Below are positions 45,564-59,240 of a stretch of 64,000 bases of DNA, piece by piece. Both the position numbers and the translations under genes were made by a program. Location of the stretch: the NCBI RefSeq assembly GCF_009834535.1, contig NC_045698.1:622001-686000 (forward strand). Reading direction: 5' to 3'. Source of the stretch: Camelus ferus (Eukaryota). Within the stretch, counting starts at the first letter, position 1. Every line of letters starts with the position of its first letter. The notes beneath the pieces were generated by a model. That model did no database searches. It had not been told where the DNA came from and saw nothing but the letters and a program-made list of their open reading frames with translations.

Positions 45564-48500
45564 GACATGAGGACGTAGGACAAGCCTGAGTGGAGGAAAT
45601 CCTGGGGGTGCAGGTGCTGGAGGGCGGCTGGTCTCACCAGCCCTCCTGGGACGGGTCCCCCATGGTACCCCTGTCAGGCACGCACCCCCGAGGTCGCCGG
45701 GTGCCTGAGCCACACAGTGGCTGCCGGGTCACATGAGGAGGCAGGGCCCCACAAGGGTCAGGTATCCTGGGCCAAGGCAGCTAGGAGCGTAGGACACACA
45801 TCTGCTGTCTCTGGGCAGGAGTGCTCAGGACAATGGCCCGGCGCGGCCACGGCCATCAGATTTTTAACCACAGACACGGCCTGGAGGCTCCCTCCACCGG
45901 CCAGGTCCTGACTCGCCTACACAGCCAGGCTCAGACGCGGCTTTAAACCTGCTCACTTCCTGTGACAGATGCGACTCTGGTGCCCACCCCACAGAAATCG
46001 CAACCCACGTGATCAAAGGTTGCAGGGCGTGCGTCCAGCCATGTGGGTGCAGCGGGCGGGTGGCCCCGTTGTGACTCGAGCCCCCGTGGAGCTGGGGTGA
46101 GGGTGGGGCCAGGCCGGCGGCTCACTCCTCTCATCATCCAGGAAACGGTCTGACTCAGTTTTAAAACGAGGATCCTTCAGCCAATAGAACCCGCGTGGAA
46201 CAAACAAGGCTCAGAATGTCACGCCACCCCTCGCAAGGGCCTGCCCGTGAATGCCTCAAAACGACGGGGCTCCCAGCGCCAGAGACGCCCCTGGGGGAAA
46301 GAGAGGGCCTAAGGGCACCTAGGATCCAGGGTGACGGCAGGGACCTGGGAGCGCTCACCGACACAGCCCCACGTGCTGACACCAGTGGGGCGTTGGCACC
46401 CGTGCGCAGGGCGCTGCCTCGTCAGGGACCCCAGGAGCCTGTGACGGTCCCCCCGCCCCCCCCCCCACAGGTGGTGAATTCAGCAGAAAAGCCACCAGAA
46501 TCCAAACACCTAAAGACACTGCGCACCAGCGCCACGTGGCCTGAGCACGGGCCGCTGGCACGGGCCCTAGGCCCTGGGCCACACAGCTGGCTCTGGACCC
46601 CCACGTCCACTCACACCCGTTCTGCCCTATAGGACGTGGCGGCCACACGCTGTCATTCATCTTTCCACACCTTTGAAATGCAGCGTGGCCCCCAGAGACG
46701 GGGCCGGCTGAGAAGCAAAACCAGCTGTGGTGACTGGTCCCAGGCCGAGGAAGAACTCCTAAAACCAGGCCTCACGGGTTCAAAGGCGAATGAGAAGGCT
46801 CGGGGAGGGGGGCTGGACTTGATGTCGTGTTTCCTGTGAACAAATGCGGCAGAAGAGGGGCTTCCCTGGGGAACCAGCCTGGTGACAGCGGGCGCCTTGT
46901 CAAACGGTGAGAATTCAGCCCTCCGGGGGCTTCCTCCAAACCCACACCCGGCCAGCACCGCTCAGAGCGGCCCAGGGCACAAAACAGGAGGGTCTGAGAC
47001 ACGCTCACGGCCCAAGAGGGGCCTGCGGAGAGCCGCCTCCCCTCTCTGGTGCCCCCGTGCTTGCCAGCCCTGGGAAGCCCGAGGAAGCCAGGCCCTGGTG
47101 TCCACACACCCGCTGGGCTCCCTCAAAGTCTAAGGGAAGTTCCAGCAGCACCTGGGAAACGCGCACCCTGAGCCCATCCAGCCCCAGAGGTCATGGCTCT
47201 GGACGGGGGATGGCGGCCAAGCAGGCACTTCCTGACTGACAGCAACGCAGCTGGGCCTCCGACCAGCCCTCCCAGAAATGGATGGGATGGCCATTGAGAA
47301 CCCAGGGCTCAGGGAGCCAACACGGGCCAGGAAGGGGTCAGCAGGCAGAGCCCTCGGCCCTGACCCCCATCCCAGTGAAGGCAGCGGCAGGGCAGCTCTG
47401 CACAAGCTCATCACAGACGCTCTGAGAAGGCCCCGCGCCCGCCAGTGCTAGCCACGCAGCCGCGCGGACCCTCCCCAACCGAGACCGGACGCGGCCCAGA
47501 GCACAGCAGCCACCCCACCTCCGTGTGCCCGGCCCCGCGGAGACGCGGACCACCCCCGACACCGCAGCCCAGAAGGCCCCCGCCCAAACCCAGAGGAGGC
47601 CTCTGCTCTTTTTCCCACATCGGTTTTGATGCCCAGTTTCTGGCTCCATGAAATGCAAACTTAACTCTGACATCAGTAAACATGAAGTGCTGAGCAGAGA
47701 CAGCACGCGACGTGGTGCTCTGGGCTACGGGGTGGGAACAGGAAGCCGCCGGGCACGCTGGGCCGGTCCCTGGAGAAGAGCATGCGTCCTTGGCACCGGC
47801 GAGTGACGGCAGCAGAGCCTTCTGTGGGGCGGGAGGCACAGGGCCGGAGGGGAGGTTGCCCCAGCTCAGCATCAAAGCAGCGCTGTTAGACCCCCGTCCA
47901 GCCGGGTCCTGGGAGCCCAGTCAGCGGTCTGCTGTGGACGCTTGGTTGAGTCCCTCGTTACAGCCCCCATCAGCCTCCCCATCTCCACGCACCACCTCCT
48001 CTCCCGTCTCCCACTCCCGGCATGCCAGCGCTCTCTGCCCCGAGTCCTCCCCCTCCAGGACTGGCTTGGGATTTTACCACCATCTCTCCCAGGACGGCTC
48101 CCAGGGGAGGGGCAGGCAGGGCCCTGAGCCAGACAGCTTCCCAAGGGTCAGCTGGGCCTGGCCACCATCGGCAGCACGGCCCCTCCCTGCCATCAAGGGC
48201 AGGGTCTGCCCTGTGGCACTGGCAGTGGGGGAGGGATGCATGATCTCCTGGGGTGCTGCCAGCAGAATGGGGCCTGTCCCCGGACCCCAGGGCACCCATA
48301 TAACCACGTCCACGGTGGCAGGTTCTCTTTGCAGTGATCAAGCACTGGAATAGAGTCTGAGGTCAATTCCTGACGTCTGGCCCTTGCCTTCTGCCTGCGC
48401 AGCCAGGATCAGTGCTGGAATCTGAAATCCAGCAGCCTGGCAACCCGGGCGGTGGGAGTCCCCAAGGGACATGGGCTGAGAAGAAACAGCTCTGTGTCCA

Positions 48501-51500
48501 GGCCCAAGGCCAAGAGTCCCCATGCTGTTAACAGCAAGTTTCTGGTTAAAACAGAAACCCATTCTATGGCAAAAACAGAGGAAACATTGAGAGTCCAGGA
48601 ATCACCCACAGCCCTCCAGCTAGATGTGGCTGCTTGCCTGTGGCATCCCCTGGAGGGCAGGCCAGCCTCTCTCATCCTGGGTTTCCAGCGGGAGAGGCAT
48701 CTGCCCGCAGGTGGGAGCCCAGAGGACAGAAGGGACGCACCCCTTGTGCCCTTGGACCTGGTCCCCCCAGAGCCTCCACGTGTCCCTGCTGGACCTCGCA
48801 TGGCCTGCGGGGTCACTGTGCCATCCTACACAGGACCAGACACCCAGAGATGCTTCTTCCCAAAGGCCCTGATGTGTGACTCTGGGCACAGGCCCTCCTG
48901 CCCTGCCCTCCAGCCTCCTCCAGCAAACACAGCCCTGCTGCTCAGGACTAAAGGCAGCAACGTCCAGGCCCAGGGACCAGGGCGGAGGCACGACTTGTCC
49001 CCATGCCAGGGGCCCCAGACCCGAGTGACAGCCACAGGCACCTGGACACCGGAGCCCAGCACCTGGCCGGGGGGGGGGGGGACATGCCACTTGGAGAGGT
49101 GGCAGGGCTTGTCACAGCACCTCTGCAGCTTCCCTGAAGGGACTCAGCCCTCACTTCCAGAAGCATCCTGTCTCCAGCAACCCCTGACACCAGGCAGTGC
49201 AGCCTCAGGGCAGAAGCCACCTGGCCCAGGTATATCCCCCGCACACCCCCACCCAGCATGTCCCACAGGGCTCCCACCACCACTGCCCACCCCACAGCCC
49301 TGGGGTGAAGGTTCTCCTTGGGGGCTCTGAGAGGAGTCAGGAAGGCTCTGGACGCTGGAGGGACGTGGCCACCCTTCAACCAGGACTAACACTGCCACCA
49401 CTGCCTCTGGCCACCACCAGCTTCCTCTGCCCCCAACCAGAGGGCCTCGGCCCAGCAGTTGAGCCAAAGACTCAACTTTCAGTGGCTCATCCCACTGAAA
49501 CCTGACACTCGCACAGTCGGGAAAGCAAGGGAAGACGCACTCAGCTACAAAGAGGCACCAGCGCGGAGAAACCACGTGGACACGCACCCACACGTTAACA
49601 CACGTGCACGTGCACACAGGCATGGCCGGGACCATGGCTCCGAGACCTGCTCAAGAGCAGAGACTGTCTGGGGACTTCCCGTCTACAGGACACGCCCTCC
49701 CACGCTGGACCTGCCCCCTCCAGGGAAACAGCGGGGCTGAGCCTCCGGTGGACTCCGGGAACCGGCTCCCGCCACCGCTCGGTCCCACGGCTGCCTGCTC
49801 ACGGTCTGGTCTGCCCTCCCCGTCCTCGGGTGGCAGTTGTGATCCGAGCCCGGGGGTGGGATGCCGATCAGGGCGGAAGGGCTGGCCCTGCTGCAGGCAG
49901 AGGCAGGAGGCGGGCGGCCAGGCCCCCACCAGCCCCCCGGGGCGGCTCCCGTTTCCAACACAGGCTCCTGTCTGGCTGTGGTCGAGACCCTTCGTCAGAT
50001 GAAAGAGGAAACCCAAGAACCATCTGGCGCTTGTCTCCTCTGATTTCGGCTCAACGTGATCCCTCCCCAGTGACCGTCCTGAGAGCCTCCCTGAGAACCC
50101 AGGCCTGACCCGCAGGCGCCATGACCGGACGGAGCCCAGGACGGGGCCACCCCTGGGACAGGCCGGCTCCAGGAGAGAGAAACGAACAGGAGGACACTCT
50201 GGATGGCCATGGGGTTCAAGTGGACAGCGGGGGCGCCCCCACCTTGCGGACGGCGCCAGGCTACCACCACGTGCTGCCCGCGCACGTGGATGCCCAGACA
50301 GGCTGGGCTGCAACACGCTGCCTGACCAGCTCAGAGCGGCTGCAGGCCGGGCGGACTGAAAGTGATTCCGGCTACGCATGGTGAACGCAGGCTCAAGGGG
50401 GCCGTCCAGCTCTCCTCCCAACACCCAACAGAGACTCCCCAGGGGCCACATGCACACGGAACCAGGACCATCGGGGATTTTGCTCCAGAGGAACTCAGAA
50501 CCCAGAAGGCAGGAAACTCGTAACTGCCGCCTGACCACGATCACGGGTCTCACCCCAGGCCACACGTAGCTCAGAAATGGCACCTCCACGGCCCCCCCAG
50601 TTGCGTTCTCAAATAGAGACCACCCGAGGGAGGAAAGGGGAAACAAACCGCGGCAGCAGCCGGAGCAGAGGCGCCAGGGCCTCGCCTCTGAGCCCCGCGC
50701 GGATGCCGAGACCCCGGCAAGGCCCCAGCACCAACAGCTCACACCCTGCCCAGCCGGGCGCCCAGCCCTGCTGACACCCTGCCCCGGCCGCCACAGGGCC
50801 CCCGGCAGGAGGCTCTGGGACCCACTTGGCACCTGCAGCCACGCTGGGGGAGCCGGGCCGCCTCATCGCTCCGCAGGTCTGGCTGGCGCTGCAGGCCTAT
50901 CTGCACGGCCCAGACCTCTGCTCTGAAAAGGGAGTTCCCTCTTTCTCGTAAAAGAGAGGCATTAACCCTTTGTACTCTGCTCTCTCCACAGAGGGCGCTG
51001 CCCCAGCGTCCTCCAGAAGGGAGCCCCACGCCCGGCTTCTATTCCTGAGTGCCATCCACTCCCAGGCCCCGCCGGACCCCAGACCGCACCCTGGCCTCAG
51101 CCTGGCAGGGCCCCATTGTGGAGGGGGTCTTCCTTCTCGGGACCCCAGACTGGCCTCACTCTCTCAGAGCGGCCTGCAGACGCCTGCCCCACTGCCCCTG
51201 CTGCAAAGCGGCCCTGCAGGAGGGACGCCCCAGAGCATCTGCGGCCTGGATGCTGGTTAACACTTAACGCTGAACATCAGTCCTGCCCTCCAGCCTCACA
51301 TCGGTGGCCAGGACTTGGATCCACTTAGATCCCAGCACGGGTGATACAGGAGGCGCGGGCAGCTGGCCAGTGGCACACAGGAGTTCTGTCTACACCGCTG
51401 GACATCACACATCTTCCCGTGGGCCTCCGCTTCCGAGTTCCGCCCCAGCCTGGCTGCCCTGCTGCTGCACCCCAGCTGCATGGCGGGGTGGAGAGGCCGT

Positions 51501-54500
51501 CTGCAGCGGCCTCGTGGACAGCAGCCCAGTGGACAGTGGCCCTGCAAAGGTAACCCCAGCCCAAGGCCATCCCTCCCCCATTGCAGGAACCTCCTGAGGT
51601 CAGCTCAGGACCGGGGCCCCAGGTCTGCTGGGCAGAGGCCCCCTCCATGGCAGGTTCTGCAGCAGGAGGGAGGCGAGGCCAGACCCTTGCCCATGGGGCC
51701 TAACCTGGCAGACACCTCTGGCCGCACCAGCCATCCCCTCCGTGGTCTGTGATGCCTCAGCCCTGACCAGCTTGGCCCACACAAGGCCCCTCACCCTCCC
51801 CAGGCACCCCCTCTTTCCAATGGCCCCGCAAGTACTTCATCCAGCCTCCTACCCGGTAGCCTGTAAGCTCGCTCCACCCCTCAAAGCGGGGACATTTGGG
51901 ATCAAGTACTTGAAAGAAATACCCTGAGATTCAGTAGAGCCTCAGCCACTGAGGGAAGGACAGACGGTGCCATGTGGCTCCTGCCCCTCCCAGGTTCCAT
52001 AGTGAGAAGGGGGCGCACTCTCCACCAGCACACAGGACACCACCAATGAGCAGGACCCATCCAAGCGCTGGGACAGCAGGGAATTCCAGGGCCCACCCAG
52101 CCCCGCAGGGCTGCCGGGCAGAGGCAGGTTAGCACGCCCTAGAACACTCGGCACACATCCAGCCCCACTGGCCCCCAGGGCCCTCTACTTCCCCAGCAGT
52201 GCTGAGAGCCCAGCTGAGCACACGGCCCGGGACCCACACACCAGGCAGTCCCCCCACAGCCCCCCAAACACGCACGCGGGACAGTACGGCTGCCCCAGTG
52301 CCTCCAGGCTGCCCTTCGTGGAGTCCCCCTGGGCCAGCTCAGTGCCCCGTGGCCTCAGACCCTGACTCACTGCCCCAAGGTGCCTGTCTCAGGCCAGGCT
52401 CACCTCACAGGCCACAGCACTTCACTCAACGCAGGGGCTGCACCCCAGGGGGCTGCATGAGGGGGGCTGATTTCCTGGGGTGGAGACTGCTGGTCCTTGT
52501 TACCATCCCGCTGGCCCACACGTGGGGTCAGGCCCAGCACACGATACACGGACAGCCACCGGCCACATGCCCACATCAATGGAGGTGGCCACACAAGCAA
52601 ACAGTCTGTCTGCAGGGCCAGCTGCTCCCCACTCCAGGCCACAGCCCACCTTATGAATAGAGACAGGTGGGTGGTGGGTTCGCCTGGACGGAGCCCCTTC
52701 TGCCTCCTTCACTCCCAGTGACTGGGTGCCCCCACCTGCACGAGGAGGCTGCAGCTCAAAGAAGCCCACTTGTCTGGACAGTCACATGGCCGGGACATCA
52801 GAACCAGAATGGCTCCAAAGCCCGTGGTCTCCGCGTGGATGGCGCTGAGGTTCACATCTGAAGGCCACCCCCACCTGCTGGTGGCACTGTCCTCAGTGCC
52901 CAAAACCTGCCTGCACAAGTGTCCCCTTCTGAAAGACCATGCTGACCACCGCCCAGGTGCTGTGGTGTCCTGCTTTCCCCATCGCACCATAAATCACGTG
53001 CTGGTTCCTGCAGCTGCTGGAACCCCCAGGAAGAGGGCAGAGACCTCCTGGTCAGTGATACACCCCAGGATCATAGTGGACCCGATGTGGACACTCACAG
53101 TGTTCACTGAACAGACCGTAGCTGATGGAAACCAGTGCCCAGCGGCCCGGACTAGCCCAGCCCCTCGGGGCGCTGCGGGCAGAGCTGGACCCTCGGAGGC
53201 ACCCCTCACACCCAGACTCCCCACTGTCCACAGATGCCCACCCAGCACAGCGTCGAGATCAGGAGGTCCGGGAACTTCCCGGAGGAAGAGACCACAGAGC
53301 TGGATCGAAGAGGCTTCCCACGCTAGGAAAAGGGCACGCAAGCTGGGAACAGAGTTCAGATCAGGACGCAGGTGTCAGCACAGCCACCCTCTGCGAGTGC
53401 GATGTGGCTCCTGCCATTCAACCAGCAGGGTCTGCTGGGGGCCGAGAGGGAAAGAACAGGAATCCTGACACCCCAGTGTGTGACCCAACGCTGTGACCGC
53501 CAAGCGTGCTCTACCCACCAGCCCGCGAGCACACACACACACCTGCACACAAGCTCATACAAACGTGCACAGAAGTGCGCTGTGCACACACACCCACACA
53601 TGCACACACGCAGAGACACGGGTGCCCACGTGTCACGCAAGGGCTCGGCAGGAGAACCTAGAACATTCTCCCTCCATTTCTAAGAAAAGGACCAGCTGCC
53701 TGGAGCTGGCCCCGGAGCCCCTGTGAGCGCCGGGGGTGCAGGACCCAGGCTATGCGCCAGGAGGCAGCGCCCCACTCTCCGCGAGTCTCCACCCCCTTTG
53801 CTGTCCTTTGCCTTTAAAAGCAGGATCCGGCACAAAACACACGTTCTGTAACCTCCCCTGGCCCTCCGTCCAGCATCACGAAATCTTCCCGAATGACGTC
53901 CAGAGCCTGGACCACCCACGGTGATTCCCACGGAGACCGGGCAGACGCTGACCCCTCAGCCCGAAGGGACAGCTGGACAGCCGGCGCCGCCTGCCCTTCC
54001 TGCTCTGCTCCAGGCCAGCGTGACGCGTCCCTTCCTTCCTGCAACCCAGTGAGGGAGCTACTGCTCCGAGGCCTCGCCCAGCCGGACGGAACCTGGAAGC
54101 TTTGTCTCGGGCCCAATCTTCGGCCACACGGCCCCCGATCTCCACGTCCCCAGGCCCAGAGCCTCAGCTTTGTGGTCTAGCCATCTGGCAGCGGCAGCCC
54201 CTCAAGGGTCTCACACACAACAGCAGAAAGTGTGCTGACAGCCTCCGAGGTCCCTGTGCCTCCTGAGCCCCCGCGGGTCAAAGGTGATATTCCCCAGGGC
54301 AGCCTGGGTCAGCGGGTGGGGGACACAGCGCCCCTTCACAGAGGGTCAGAGACCCCCGGGGGGCCAGCAGGACCTGAGCAGCAGAGCACGAAATCACAGA
54401 GAAAGATCCAAAAAAGAGGAACAATGAGGAAGGAAGAGGAAGCCCAAGTAGAGCTGCAGGCAGTTCCTGGAGGAACAGGCCCCAGCCGGGGCGGGAACAC

Positions 54501-56899
54501 CACCCCTCCAGGGCTGCCCCACTGGGCCCTGCGGAGGAGGGCAGGCGGGGTCGGGCAGACCCTCCTGGGGGCGCAAGCGGCAACTTCTAAGACACTGGGA
54601 CCCCCCCCTCGCACCGCCCACAGGCCTGCTGCCGGAAGGACTCAAGTCAAAGCAGCAGGGGCAATTCAAGGGCAAGGCCTGGTGTGGGCCAGCCGTGCGG
54701 ATGGAGGCGCAGGGCTCCAACAGCCGGAATGGGTCCGGCCCCACATGCGGACAACAGGGCTCCCATCAGGAGCAGAAGCAGCCCAGGATGGATGCACGGA
54801 CGGACGGCTCCCTCCACCTCCAGGTGTCACAGGTTCATAACTAGGCCCTCGGCCTCGGCCGGGCAGGCCCAAGCCTGCTCTCACTAAGCTCTGGGCCAGG
54901 CCAGGTGGGCCTGCAGAGGGGGCTGCTGCTCCCCCCTCACCTAGGGGTCCCACGCCTCCTACTTCCACGGCAGCCCCAGGGACACCTAGGAAGGGTCTCC
55001 CCAAACTTGCTTCACCACCACCCGGAGGCCTGCCCAGGAAGCCAGGTGCCTCCCTGTGTGTTCAAAGGCCAGTCACGGAGTTGGAGAGGAACTTCAGTGA
55101 ACGCGGGCTGGACCACAGGGCAAGGACCCCCACATGGGCCCTCAGAGGGGGCTCCAGCCAGCTGCCCAGCTCCTGTCCCATCAGCAAGCAGGGGGTGACA
55201 CCACTTCCCCAGGCCCCCCTCATGGAGCCCAACAAAGGACCTCTCTGGGCAACAACTGTGGCCTGACGGCTTACAGTGAAACTCAAGTCCAGCCAAGCAG
55301 ACCCTAAAAGACAAGAGCATGCATGCCTGTGGCCCCACAAGGGCTCGGACCCAGTCTGGAAGTCTTCCTGCCCAGCGCAGAACACAGAGCACGCAAATCC
55401 TGGGTTTGAGTTCTGTGCCAGCTCAGCCACGTGTCACAAGTTCAGCTCAGACCCTAAAGGGTTTCTTGAAAGGCGTGCAGGGAGCCCGCCCTTGGCGTTT
55501 GCCAGTGCTCCTGCCTGAGATCACGCAGGCAAACAGGATTCCAGATGAGCTGGTGGAGCTGAAGTGGGAATAGGGCTGAGAAAGCAGGAGCCTCGGAGTG
55601 AGAGGGGCTGGGGGCTTGAGGCCAGCCGGGCGATGCTCGCAGGCCCGGGGGCGCCGCTCGACAGAAAAGACAATGGGGCCAAAACCAGCCACACTCCAAG
55701 CCTACAGAGAGCGAGCATGGCCCACCCGAGAAGGGCCAGCAGACTGGGAGCCGGGCATCCAGGAAGGTGCCCAGGGTCCCCTGAGGACACAACAGCTCCT
55801 GGTATCAGGTGCGGCCAGGCGGGCTGGAGCAATGGTGAGAGAAAGGCTGGGCCGTGGACTCTGGTTTTGTGCCTCCCAGCCAGGCGGCAGTCATGACCAG
55901 TCCCGTACCCACATGCAGGGGAAAGCGGGATGGGCGCCTTAGGAAGGGGGCAGGACCCCACCAACCCACCCCCGCCCACCGGGACAGCACCTTCACAGGG
56001 GCTCCTAACAGTGCCCCAGGGGCTGCCCGGCTTTCCTGCCAGGACAGGGGGCTCCAGAGGATCAAGGCCTGGGCCCAGGACCTGCTGCCTCCACTGATCT
56101 CAGCCTGTTTCCTGCTTGGAGCAGGGCAGCCCCTCCCAAACACTGGCTAGTGACCCCCAAATTCTACAGGGGTGCTGACCCAGAGATGAAGCAGCTCACT
56201 CAGGGTGACCCATCCCTCAGCTGCAGAGAAGTGGGGCTAGGAGCCTGGATGATGAAGTAACAGGATGGGGACCACCCCCACCCCGCCCGAGAAAGTGAAA
56301 GTGCCAGGGACCTCCTGATCCCAGAAGCAAAGACAGCGAGGACACTCCGCCGGAACTAACTCCGTGGGATTTGGCGGGGCCCCCTCCCCGACCCGCCAGG
56401 GCCCTGCTGTCCTTCTGCCGATGGCCCCGCAGAGCCTGGGCCTAACCACGGTCAGCCGGGCTTATCTGACTGGTGGCCCTTTGCCCCAGCGCGCAAGAGC
56501 AGAGCCGAGGGTGGAGGCGGCCGGGAAGGAAGCAGGCAGGCGCTCCAGCCCCGGGAAGCCTCACCACGAGATCCCGAGGCCCTACTGGCTGACAAGCCTG
56601 GGGAGCCTGGGGGGCCTGGGGGGCCTGGGAACTCGGGTGGAGAGAGAGGCTCCTCCTCCGTCTCCATAGCTACCCAAGGCGTCCCACACCTCCCCAAGTG
56701 CCCCATCCCAAGTGAGGGAAAAGTGCTTCCTGTGTCCCGAGGGGGTGGGCAACGGGGGCGCAGCAAAGGAGAACCCACAGGCCCCTGGGCCCTATCGCCT
56801 TGCGCCCCCACCACGAAGCTTGGTGACGGGGCTCTGGAGGCAGGAGGGGAGGGGGCGGTGAGAGGGGAACCACAGGAGCAAACAGAGCAGTGGGGACTA

Positions 56900-57700
56900 G
56901 TGAGGAGAAGAGGAACCGGTAGGGGGCCGGGGAGGCGGGGAGGGGGCGGAGAGCAGCCCCAAACCCCTTCTTCGGGCGGCGTCCCGGCCCACCCCCTCCG
57001 GGCCTCTCCCGGGTCGCCCTCCCCCTCCCTTCCCCACCGCGGGGAACTCTCCCGCCTCCCGGGCCTCCCTCCTCCTCCTTCCAGGGCCGCCCCCTCCTCC
57101 CTGGCCACCCTCCGCTCCCGTGCCGGCCCTGGCCACCCCAGCCGGCCGTGCGCAGCCCGGCCTCCGCCTTTGTCCCGCAGGCGGGCAGGTGCGGCCGCGC
57201 TCACCCGGACTCGGGAAGTCGGGCCCGCCGCCCTCGGGGGGACCCGGCGCCTCGGTTTGCTCGGCCACCTCATCCTGGCCGCCGTCCTCCCGCGCCTCCA
57301 CAGGCACCACGGTGAAGTTGGTGGGCATGGCGCGCTCGGCAGTCGGGCCGCTCAAAGCGCCCTGCTCCGCTCCGCTCCGCTCCGCGCGCCCCGGCCCGGC
57401 TCCGCCCGCTCCGGCCGACGCGCCGGGACTAGAGCGCAGGGGCGGGGTCCGCGAGGCCCGCCCCCGGCCCGCCCGCCCCACGTGACCGCACCTGCGGTTC
57501 CCTCGGGCCCTGGAAAAGTTTGCGTGCCGCCTGGCGGGGCGGGGCGAGGTGTGGCGGAGCGCCTTCCGCAGAGAGCCCCCCTCTCCCAGCCTGCTCCCGG
57601 AGGCTGCCTGCGCCCCCGGACCCCAGTGCCGCCGCTCCCCCAGCGGCTGACTCGGTTCCTGCACTGCCCGCCCCACCTCCTGCCCCAAGCAGGCCTCTGC
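56900..57700. promoter_or_regulatory. CpG island / SLC12A7 promoter with several GC boxes and an E-box (CACGTG at 57479-57484, GGTCACGTGG on the - strand)
   Basis: Dense CpG around exon 1, GGGGCGGGG boxes, (GCGGA)n in the 5' UTR region; no TATA seen. Confidence 0.85.
57205..57328 (-). CDS. SLC12A7: SLC12A7 exon 1 coding part (124 nt; MPTNFTVVPVEAREDGG...FPSP)
   Basis: gcgccATG Kozak context and G|gtgagc donor. Confidence 0.96.
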
Positions 57701-59194
57701 CTGCTCTGTCCCCCCACCAAGCCCGCACTTCCACCCCCTCCCGCAACTGCACCCACCTCTGCCTTCACTGTCCCTCCCCAGTCCTCTCTGTCCCCCACCT
57801 GCAGCCGGAGAGTAGGACTGACCACCTGGGGCGGTGATCCGGTCTCCCCTCCCCTCCCCCTCGCTGGGCTGAGGCTCACCAGCCAGGGATCCAGGGAAGC
57901 GCTTCCAGCAGGGGGGCCAGTCTAGGGGCTCCGTGCACAACGGACATAACCCCACAGACACAAGTCACCAGGGCTCTGGGACACGACCTCTGCCCACTGG
58001 GGACCCCAGGCCCATCCCCGCGGCTCAGAGGAGCCCTCCCCTGCCCATACCCCACTGGGGCACATCTGGGCAGGCCCCAAGGGTAGCTTGCAGTACAGAG
58101 CAGGAAAGGCCGCAAGGTGGGCTTGGGACCCCAGCCAGGCACTTACCAGGATCTAGGGGCCTCGTATCCTCCAAGCACCTGGAAATTTATTAAAGACACA
58201 GGAAAGCCGGCAACAACCAATGTCCATGAAAGAGAAGTTGGTCCAAAAAGTTGTGACATTTGGATGCAATGATCACCCCAAAACAGTTTTACAAAAGTAG
58301 AGCAGAAATACAGGCGGTGTGGGCAAAGATGGTCACAACACACTGTAACAACAAGCAGATGCGCGGGTGGGATTGAGCGTGAACCTGCGTGGGCTTCTCC
58401 GGGCCTGAGGCAGGGAAGCGCTGTGTACGTCGGGGTGGGGGCCCCAGGGGCTCTGCACTTCCAGGCACTGTGCTCCCCTCAACAGCCAAACCACAGAAAA
58501 TCACAACGAGGAAAGCCACGCGCAGCAAAAGACAACGGAGAAGCAGGTAGGGAGTCTCAGTTCGGCAGAAGCTGGGCACCTGGGCCCTCCAGGGATGTTT
58601 CCCTGTGACCCCGCCCCCACCCAGCACCAGCCTTCTGAGTTGGGCCACGCTCACACCCACCTACACATAAGGAAGGGGCTGGAGTGTCACATGGCAGAGG
58701 TCAGGGCTGCGGGTGGCACTAGGTGGCTGTTAGCTCCTTCTCCACGTCAGCAGCATGGAAGGTGGGAAAAAGACCACCCCAAAAGACAGGGGGGTCCCCA
58801 GGTGTCCTTCCCAGGGAGGCGGCCCGCCCTCTTGGAAAGGTGTGAGCATCAGTCTGCGAAACCAAGGATGTGGTGCTGAAGTGGGTGGTGGGAGCACAGG
58901 CACCTCATAGGGTCCCCTGCACCCCTGCCACTGGGTGCTGGGCACACCCTCTCCCCAGGCCCCGCAAGGACCCCATGTCTGCCCCACATGCAGTGGCTCA
59001 GAAGGGGCTGTGGCCTCTTCCCTGGACCTGGGAACCTCCACACCTGAGACCCCGGCCCCACATGTCCTCCAGGACAGCAGGTCCGCAGCCCAGAAAGATG
59101 AGGCCACAGCTGACTCTGGGGTGGCAAAGTTGGAGGACCAACCACAGCCTCTGAAAGAGACAGGAGACACCCTCCCAGCCCCCTGCAAACAATC

Positions 59195-59240
59195 CTTCAC
59201 CTCTGGCCACAGTTTCCTCATCTGTAAGATAAGGGCTGGA
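59195..59240. mobile_element. MIR SINE core fragment
   Basis: CTCTGGCCACAGTTTCCTCATCTGTAAGATAAGG resembles the MIR core. Confidence 0.45.

Noticed and set aside
49651..50832. 393-aa ORF, and similar long ORFs at 56723-57925, 48452-49330 and 7737-8657
   Set aside because: Low-complexity Pro/Gly/Arg/Ala-rich translations expected at this GC content. Where meaningful, they only overlap true exons.
58141..58150. Consensus donor CTG|GTAAGT upstream of the SLC12A7 promoter (similar one at ~15735)
   Set aside because: No supporting ORF, acceptor or promoter; isolated motif
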